The position numbers and the translations under genes were made by a program. The notes under the pieces are model-generated. The model was given only the letters and a program-made list of their open reading frames with translations. It did not search any database and was not told where the DNA came from. DNA of 5,071 nucleotides from a virus (taxonomy: Duplodnaviria; Heunggongvirae; Uroviricota; Caudoviricetes). The DNA lies in IMG/VR virus record IMGVR_UViG_2563366839_000004. One strand, written 5' to 3'. Shown here one piece after another: positions 1 through 5,071 of the stretch (position 1 is its first letter; each line of letters starts with the position of its first letter).

Positions 1-719
1 CCGCGAAGATGATAATTACGGCTCACCTGCTGGCTGCCGAACTGCTCCGAGTCCACCTGCACGCCGACCAGTGCCGTGTTCGGGTAGCACTGTTTCACAT
101 CGATGATTTCGGTGTATGACGACCAGAGCGTTTTGTTTTGCAACCGGTCTGTGGTGCTGTCCGGTGTCATCCTGCGCATCCGGATACTGAACGGGCGCGG
201 CGGCAGGTTATCCACCACCACAGAGACCAGGTACTGCGAGGTGGTTTTACCCTTAATGGTGATGTCTTTTTCCGTCACCCAGCCACCATTACGCTGTATC
301 TGAACCAGCAGGCGAACTTCCGACGGATTCCGGTCCCCCTTTGAAGTGGTTTCCACCAGTGCCTGCACGCCGAAAGTAAAACGCAGTCGGTCGATGTTTG
401 CCGACGTGATGGTGCGGGTGATCGGCGTGTCATATTTCACTTCCGTACCCAGCACCGTCTCGGAGCCGGAGGATTCAAACCTCTCCGGCGGTGTCTGCTC
501 CTGCTCACCTGCCCGGAACACCACCGTGACACCGGAGATATTGGTATTCCCCTCACTGTCCAGCACCGGCGTACTGTTCAGCAGCACGCTTTTTAATCCG
601 TCCACCGGACCTTCAATCGGCCCTTCGCTGATGGCGTCTATCACGCTCAGCATCTGGGATGATTTCAGGTTGTCCTTCGCTTCGCGCGGGGTATGCCCCT
701 TACTGCTGCCTTTACCCAT
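1..719 (-). CDS. J: Tail tip / central tail fiber (host specificity) protein J, N-terminal ~239 codons; partial, ORF runs off the left window edge
   Basis: Manual minus-strand translation from ATG (revcomp of 717..719) gives MGKGSSKGHTPREAKDNLKSSQMLSVIDAI... with no stop before position 1, which I recognise as the lambda gpJ N-terminus. Absent from the ORF track because it has no in-window stop. Sits 60 nt downstream of the I stop. Start preceded by GGAG/GAGG purine-rich motifs. Confidence 0.88.
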   Translation of the reverse strand, partial: MGKGSSKGHTPREAKDNLKSSQMLSVIDAISEGPIEGPVDGLKSVLLNSTPVLDSEGNTNISGVTVVFRAGEQEQTPPERFESSGSETVLGTEVKYDTPITRTITSANIDRLRFTFGVQALVETTSKGDRNPSEVRLLVQIQRNGGWVTEKDITIKGKTTSQYLVSVVVDNLPPRPFSIRMRRMTPDSTTDRLQNKTLWSSYTEIIDVKQCYPNTALVGVQVDSEQFGSQQVSRNYHLR

Positions 720-720
720 T

Positions 721-731
721 CCTCACGCTCC
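721..731 (-). promoter_or_regulatory. Putative ribosome-binding site for J
   Basis: Minus-strand sequence upstream of the J ATG reads GGAGCGTGAGGA-ATG; GGAG lies 8 nt and GAGG 1 nt from the start codon. Confidence 0.5.
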
Positions 732-741
732 ATAAACGACA

Positions 742-761
742 AAACCGCCCGCAGGCGGTTT
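742..761 (-). other. Perfect inverted repeat (8-bp stem, 4-nt loop) in the I-J intergenic spacer; possible RNA stem-loop (stability element, weak terminator or attenuator)
   Basis: Plus strand aaaccgcc-cgca-ggcggttt (742..761); the two arms are exact reverse complements. On the sense (minus) strand the stem is followed by UUUUGUCGUUUAUG, an interrupted U-rich tract. Confidence 0.45.
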
Positions 762-779
762 CACATAAAACGTTTTTCA

Positions 780-1451
780 TCAACGACCAATCACCACAAC
801 CTGACCACCGTCCCCCTCGTCTGCCGTGCTGATCTCCTGAGAAGCCACCCGCGACCCCACGCGCATTTCACCGTACAGAACAGGCAGAACATTGCCCTGG
901 GCAACCATGTTATCCAGTGAGGAGAAATAGGTGTTCTGCTTACCGTTATCCGTTGTCTGTGTACGGGGAGTTCTGGCTTTCGGTGCCAGCATCTGGGCCA
1001 CACCACCGAGCACCATACTGGCACCGAGAGAAAACAGGATGCCGGTCATACCACCGGCCCCAATGGCTGCCCCCCACGCTGCAAGGGTGGCTCCGGCAGT
1101 AAAGAATGATCCGGCAATGGCGGCTGCTCCCAGGACAATCTGGAATACGCCACCTGACTTGGCCCCGGCGACTCTGGGAACAATATGAATCACAGCGCCA
1201 TCAGGCAGAGTCTCATGTAACTGCGCCGTTAACCCGGACGTGCTGACGTCCCGCCCGGCAATCCGTACCTGATACCAGCCGTCGCTCAGTTTCTGACGAA
1301 ACGCCGGGATCTGCATGGCCAGCGCCCGGATGGCTTCGGCCCCCGTTTTCACACGCAGATCGATGCGGCGGCCAAATCGTTGTAAATCCCCGTAAAGGCA
1401 GATGCGTGCCATGCCTGGTGACGCCAGAGGGAGTGTGTGCGTCGCTGCCAT
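780..1451 (-). CDS. I: Tail tip assembly protein I (223 aa)
   Basis: Complete ORF, ATG at 1451 and TGA at 780..782. I recognise the translation (MAATHTLPLASPGMARICLYGD...QVVVIGR) as lambda gpI. AGAGG-type SD about 11 nt upstream. Overlaps the 3' end of K by 103 nt in a different frame. Confidence 0.9.
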   Translation of the reverse strand: MAATHTLPLASPGMARICLYGDLQRFGRRIDLRVKTGAEAIRALAMQIPAFRQKLSDGWYQVRIAGRDVSTSGLTAQLHETLPDGAVIHIVPRVAGAKSGGVFQIVLGAAAIAGSFFTAGATLAAWGAAIGAGGMTGILFSLGASMVLGGVAQMLAPKARTPRTQTTDNGKQNTYFSSLDNMVAQGNVLPVLYGEMRVGSRVASQEISTADEGDGGQVVVIGR

Positions 1452-2092
1452 TTGTCGGTGTACCTCTCTCGTTTACTCAGTTGTTCAGGAATATGGTGCA
1501 GCAGCTCACCGTCACCACAGTAAATGGCGGCATGATTCGGCACCGATGAACCAAAACAGCACAGCAGCACATCGCCCGGCTGCGCCGCTGACAACGGCAT
1601 CTGATACAGCCCTGTGGCCTCCAGATTATCCAGATAGAGATTCTGGCCGTGACGCCACCAGTCATCCTCACGATGAAAATCCGGCATCTCAATCCCCGCC
1701 AGATGGTAAGCATCCCGGAACAGCGTGTAACAGTCCGTCACACCGTGCTCAAAGCGCCGCCCGGTGAGATGCGGCACACAGCGGAACTTATGAATCGTCC
1801 CCCGGCAGACCAGCCACCAAGGCAAATCACTCTGCACCTGCAGCCGCCGGTCGGCCTCACTCAGCCAGGGCAGACCACCGGGGTGGCTGTGGACCAGCGC
1901 CACAATCTCACCCTGCATCTCTGCCTGCAGCCAGTCTTCCGGCGACATACGGAAATACGCCTCCGGCTCACCGGAGATATTCACGCAGGGAAAATATCTT
2001 TCCCCCTCCGGTGTTCTCACCACGAAGCCGCACGACTCCGCTGGCGCACATCGCCGGGCGTGCGCCAGAATCGCTGATTCTGTCTCTGTCAT
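1349..2092 (-). CDS. K: Tail tip assembly protein K (full ORF 247 aa), with JAMM/MPN+ and NlpC/P60-like peptidase motifs; alternative internal start at 1948 would give 199 aa
   Basis: ORF from ATG at 2092 (5 nt after the L stop, no SD) to the stop at 1349. Contains HSHPGGLPWLSEAD (H-x-H-x7-S-x2-D JAMM motif, residues 68-81) with an upstream E-S-C-G (E19), and downstream DCYTLF (Cys121) plus NHAAIYCGDGELLHH (His187, His199/200), typical of NlpC/P60 Cys/His peptidases. An internal in-frame ATG at 1948 (Met49) is preceded by GGAGG (1960..1964) with an 11-nt spacer. Confidence 0.88.
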   Translation of the reverse strand: MTETESAILAHARRCAPAESCGFVVRTPEGERYFPCVNISGEPEAYFRMSPEDWLQAEMQGEIVALVHSHPGGLPWLSEADRRLQVQSDLPWWLVCRGTIHKFRCVPHLTGRRFEHGVTDCYTLFRDAYHLAGIEMPDFHREDDWWRHGQNLYLDNLEATGLYQMPLSAAQPGDVLLCCFGSSVPNHAAIYCGDGELLHHIPEQLSKRERYTDKWQRRTHSLWRHQAWHASAFTGIYNDLAAASICV

Positions 2093-2097
2093 GGGAT

Positions 2098-2796
2098 TTA
2101 CTGCGAAAGTTTGTTAATGGAAAGGAAGCCGCCAAAGTTGCCGACATTATTGCGGAACTTACAACCGCTCAGGCATTTGCTGCATTTATCCTTCGTGATA
2201 TCGGACGTTGGCTGGTCATATTCATCCGCGACTGCCGGACCGTGATAACCGCACTCATCACCGCGATAGGTCCAGGTGCAGGTGTTGGCCAGCATGATAC
2301 GTCCCGGAAAAACAGCGCCATCCGTTTCCGTCGGCGTGGACAGTACAAAGGAGGCACTCACCGCGCTCAGTTCGCTGCACTGCTCGATGCGCCAGCGGCT
2401 GATCACCTCCTGCTCCGGATCGGCGTCACTGTTTCCGTTGACGAAGTTCACCGCATCCAGAAAACGGGCGTAAACCTTACGCCGGACCACCGTTCCGCCG
2501 ACCAGACTCTGCATATCTTCCGCCATCCCGGTGACCATACCGTACAGGTTAGAAACCGTCAGCGTGGGGCGCGTACTGGTGCCTTTGCCATTCAGTTCAA
2601 AACCGCTCCCCTGAATGGGATACGGCTGATACTGTCGCCCCTGCCAGGTGACCGGCTCACCTTTTTCGTTCTGCTCATTACAGAAAAAATAACGTTCTCC
2701 ACCGACCTCTGTCAGGTCGATTTCCCAGAGCACCACGCTGGCCGACTGCTCCGCACGGGTGCATTCATTCAGTGTTTCCTGCCGGATATCCTGCAT
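2098..2796 (-). CDS. L: Tail tip assembly protein L (232 aa), with C-terminal cysteine cluster
   Basis: Complete ORF, ATG at 2796 overlapping the M stop (TGATG) and TAA at 2098..2100. I recognise the translation (MQDIRQETLNECTRAEQSAS...FLSINKLSQ) as lambda gpL. C-terminal cysteines C173, C182, C205, C208, C212. AGGTGG SD 7 nt upstream. Confidence 0.9.
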   Translation of the reverse strand: MQDIRQETLNECTRAEQSASVVLWEIDLTEVGGERYFFCNEQNEKGEPVTWQGRQYQPYPIQGSGFELNGKGTSTRPTLTVSNLYGMVTGMAEDMQSLVGGTVVRRKVYARFLDAVNFVNGNSDADPEQEVISRWRIEQCSELSAVSASFVLSTPTETDGAVFPGRIMLANTCTWTYRGDECGYHGPAVADEYDQPTSDITKDKCSKCLSGCKFRNNVGNFGGFLSINKLSQ

Positions 2797-3125
2797 CAGT
2801 TCACCACCTGTTCAAACTCTGCGCTGAACTCAACACGCAACATACTGACCCGCGACGACCATTTTGCGCAGGTCACCTTTATCTGCCGCCACTCATAAGG
2901 CGGCGTCCACAGAAAGGATTTCCAGCCCCCGTGCTCTTCCAGAAACGACTCCAGTACCGTGGCCTCCTCACGGGGGACAGAAAGCGTCACGCTGTACGTT
3001 TTCAGGTTGGCATTCAGCCCGGCAGGCGCTCGCTGAGAATAGCCATCACCAAAGCGCACCTTTCTTACAGAAGGGACCGAAGCCACATCCATACCGGGTT
3101 TCACTTTCCAGCGGAAGGTCTTCAT
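2796..3125 (-). CDS. M: Tail tip assembly protein M (109 aa)
   Basis: Complete ORF; its ATG (3125..3123) overlaps the H stop TGA (3124..3122) as ATGA. I recognise the translation (MKTFRWKVKPGMDVASVPSV...FEQVVN) as lambda gpM. Strong GGAGG SD (3132..3136) 6 nt upstream, embedded in the last H codons. Confidence 0.9.
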   Translation of the reverse strand: MKTFRWKVKPGMDVASVPSVRKVRFGDGYSQRAPAGLNANLKTYSVTLSVPREEATVLESFLEEHGGWKSFLWTPPYEWRQIKVTCAKWSSRVSMLRVEFSAEFEQVVN

Positions 3126-5071
3126 CGTCCACCTCCGGAGAACAGGCCACCATCACGCATCTGTGTCTGAATTTCATCACGGGCACCCTTGCGGGCCATG
3201 TCATACACCGCCTTCAGAGCAGCCGGACCTATCTGACCGTTCGTGCCGTCGTTGTTAATCACCACATGGTTATTCTGCTCAAACGTCCCGGACGCCTGCG
3301 ACCGGCTGTCTGCCATGCTGCCCGGTGTACCGACATAACCGCCGGTGGCATAGCCGCGCATCAGCCGGTAAAGATTCCCCACGCCAATCCGGCTGGTTGC
3401 CTCCTTCGTGAAGACAAATTCACCACGGTGAACAATCCCCGCTGGCTCATATTTGCCGCCGGTTCCCGTAAATCCTCCGGTTGCAAAATGGAATTTCGCC
3501 GCAGCGGCCTGAATGGCTGTACCGCCTGACGCGGATGCGCCGCCACCAACAGCCCCGCCAATGGCGCTGCCGATACTCCCGACAATCCCCACCATTGCCT
3601 GCTTAAGCAGAATTTCTGTCATCATGGACAGCACGGAACGGGTGAAGCTGCGCCAGTTCTGCTCACTGCCGGTCAGCATCGCCGCCATATTCTGTGCAAT
3701 ACCATCAAAGGTCTGCGTGGCTGCACTTTTTACCTGCGACATACTGTCCGTGGCGCTCTCTTCCCACTCACTCCAGCCGGACTTCAGGCCTGCCATCCAG
3801 CTCCCGCGAAGCTGGTCTTCAGCCGCCCAGGTCTTTTTCTGCTCTGACATGACGTTATTCAGCGCCAGCGGATTATCGCCATACTGTTCCTTCAGGCGCT
3901 GTTCCGTGGCTTCCCGTTCTGCCTGCCGGTCAGTCAGCCCCCGGCTTTTCGCATCAATGGCGGCCCGTTTTGCCCGTTGCTGCTGTGCGAATTTATCCGC
4001 CTGCTGCGCCAGCGCGTTCAGGCGCTCCTGATACGTAACCTTGTCGCCAAGTGCAGCCAGCTGGCGTTTGTACTCCAGCGTCTCATCTTTATGCGCCAGC
4101 AGGGATTTCTCCTGTGCAGACAGCTGGCGACGTTGCGCCGCCTCCTCCAGTACCGCAAACTGGCTCTCCGCCTTCCACAAATCCCGGCGCTGCTGGCTGA
4201 TTTTCTCATTCGCTCCGGCATGCTTCTCCAGCGTCCGGAGTTCAGCCTGAAGCGTCAGCAGGGCAGCATGAGCACTGTCTTCCTGACGATCGCCCGCAGA
4301 CACCTTCACGCCGGACTGTTTCGGCTTTTTCAGCGTCGCTTCATAATCCTTTTTCGCCGCCGCCATCAGCGTGTTGTAATCCGCCTGCAGGATTTTCCCG
4401 TCTTTCAGTGCCTTGTTCAGTTCTTCCTGACGGGCGGTATATTTCTCCAGCGGCGTCTGCAGCCGTTCGTAAGCCTTCTGCGCCTCTTCGGTATATTTCA
4501 GCCGTGACGCTTCGGTATCGCTCTGCTGCTGCGCATTTTTGTCCTGTTGAGTCTGCTGCTCAGCCTTCTTTCGGGCGGCTTCAAGCGCAAGACGGGCCTT
4601 TTCACGATCATCCCAGTAACGCGCCCGCGCTTCATCGTTAACAAAATAATCATCCTTGCGCAGATTCCAGATGTCGTCTGCTTTCTTAAACGCAGCCTCT
4701 GCCTTAATCAGCATCTCCTGCGCGGTATCAGGACGACCAATATCCAGCACCGCATCCCACATGGATTTGAATGCCCGCGCAGTCCTGTCTGCCCAGGTCT
4801 CCAGCGTGCCCATGTTCTCTTTCAGGCGGCGGGTCTGGTCATCAAACCCTTTCGTTGCGGCCTCGTTCGCCGCCTGCAATGCCCCGGCTTCATCGCCGGA
4901 ACGCTGCAACTGAGCAACATACGCAATCTGCTCCGCCGTCACGTTATGGAACTGACGTGCCATCGCTGTCAGTCCCGACGTCGGGTCTGTGGTCAGCTTC
5001 CCGAAGGCTTCAGCGACCTTGTCCACCTCCACGCCGGATGCAGAGGAGAAACGCGCCACACTCTGGCTGAT
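3122..5071 (-). CDS. H: Tail tape measure protein H, C-terminal 649 codons; partial, reading frame open to the right window edge
   Basis: Reading frame is open from the window edge (codons ISQS precede the GTG at 5059 that the track reports as M) to TGA at 3122..3124. Long Ala/Gln/Glu/Lys/Arg-rich predicted coiled-coil region, a Gly-rich hydrophobic segment (MVGIVGSIGSAIGGAVGGGASASGGTAIQAAAA), and C-terminus ...MRDGGLFSGGGR. Recognised as lambda gpH. Confidence 0.9.
   Translation of the reverse strand: MSQSVARFSSASGVEVDKVAEAFGKLTTDPTSGLTAMARQFHNVTAEQIAYVAQLQRSGDEAGALQAANEAATKGFDDQTRRLKENMGTLETWADRTARAFKSMWDAVLDIGRPDTAQEMLIKAEAAFKKADDIWNLRKDDYFVNDEARARYWDDREKARLALEAARKKAEQQTQQDKNAQQQSDTEASRLKYTEEAQKAYERLQTPLEKYTARQEELNKALKDGKILQADYNTLMAAAKKDYEATLKKPKQSGVKVSAGDRQEDSAHAALLTLQAELRTLEKHAGANEKISQQRRDLWKAESQFAVLEEAAQRRQLSAQEKSLLAHKDETLEYKRQLAALGDKVTYQERLNALAQQADKFAQQQRAKRAAIDAKSRGLTDRQAEREATEQRLKEQYGDNPLALNNVMSEQKKTWAAEDQLRGSWMAGLKSGWSEWEESATDSMSQVKSAATQTFDGIAQNMAAMLTGSEQNWRSFTRSVLSMMTEILLKQAMVGIVGSIGSAIGGAVGGGASASGGTAIQAAAAKFHFATGGFTGTGGKYEPAGIVHRGEFVFTKEATSRIGVGNLYRLMRGYATGGYVGTPGSMADSRSQASGTFEQNNHVVINNDGTNGQIGPAALKAVYDMARKGARDEIQTQMRDGGLFSGGGR
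3132..3136 (-). promoter_or_regulatory. Ribosome-binding site for M (GGAGG) inside the H 3' end
   Basis: Minus strand GGAGGTGGACG-ATG; 6-nt spacer to the M start codon. Confidence 0.6.

Noticed and set aside
103-735. Plus-strand ORFs 103..303, 138..344 and 346..735
   Set aside because: All are antisense to the J N-terminal coding sequence; the minus-strand frame gives a recognisable J protein, so these are spurious.
742-761. I-J hairpin as a phage attachment site core or REP-like host repeat
   Set aside because: It is too short and isolated, with no flanking integrase gene or direct repeats, and it lies inside a late structural operon. A transcript-level stem-loop is more parsimonious.
1349-1451. 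Possible programmed -1 frameshift fusing K to I (I is in the -1 frame relative to K across the 103-nt overlap)
   Set aside because: The I frame has a stop (TAA, revcomp of 1473..1475) only 8 codons upstream of its ATG, and I has its own ATG with an AGAGG SD. I saw no obvious slippery heptamer, so independent initiation is the simpler explanation.
2011-2898. 295-aa plus-strand ORF antisense to L and the start of K
   Set aside because: It lies entirely antisense to two recognisable genes. The translation is low-complexity and Arg/Pro/Ser/Thr/Ala-rich, typical of the antisense frame of GC-rich coding DNA, and I found no convincing SD or recognisable motif. Long antisense ORFs are expected by chance at this GC content.
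3513-4507. Plus-strand ORFs of 172 and 176 aa (3513..4031, 3977..4507) antisense to H
   Set aside because: They are antisense to the H coiled-coil region. The Leu/Arg/Gln-rich translations mirror the GCn/CTG/CAG-rich repeats of the sense strand and are most likely artefacts.
3860-4732. Repetitive Ala/Gln/Glu/Lys/Arg-rich coding in H that could be mistaken for a tandem DNA repeat or CRISPR-like array
   Set aside because: There is no exact direct-repeat periodicity at the nucleotide level; the bias is explained by coiled-coil-forming heptad composition in a tape measure protein.

Overview
This window is a single co-directional block of phage tail genes, all encoded on the minus strand, that I recognise as the phage lambda (or near-identical lambdoid prophage) tail-tip assembly module. 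Reading 5'->3' on the minus strand the order is: H (tape measure protein, C-terminal 649 codons, open at the right window edge), M, L, K, I, then the start of J (central tail fiber, open at the left window edge). Junctions are tightly packed (ATGA overlap at H/M, TGATG at M/L, 5-nt L/K gap, 103-nt K/I overlap), and a 60-nt I-J spacer holds a perfect 8-bp GC-rich hairpin. I see no rRNA, tRNA, CRISPR array, IS element or foreign insertion. The long plus-strand ORFs in the track are antisense to these genes and are almost certainly artefacts of GC-rich codon usage. Honest assessment: this is a well-characterised system, not an undescribed one. The points most worth a second look are (i) the K protein, which carries both a JAMM/MPN+ metallopeptidase motif and an NlpC/P60-like Cys/His signature, and whose start codon is ambiguous; (ii) the I protein, with a ubiquitin-like-looking N-domain ending in Gly-Gly followed by a Gly/Ala-rich hydrophobic segment; (iii) the I-J intergenic hairpin. 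All identifications rest on my recognition of the translated sequences and motifs, without a database search.
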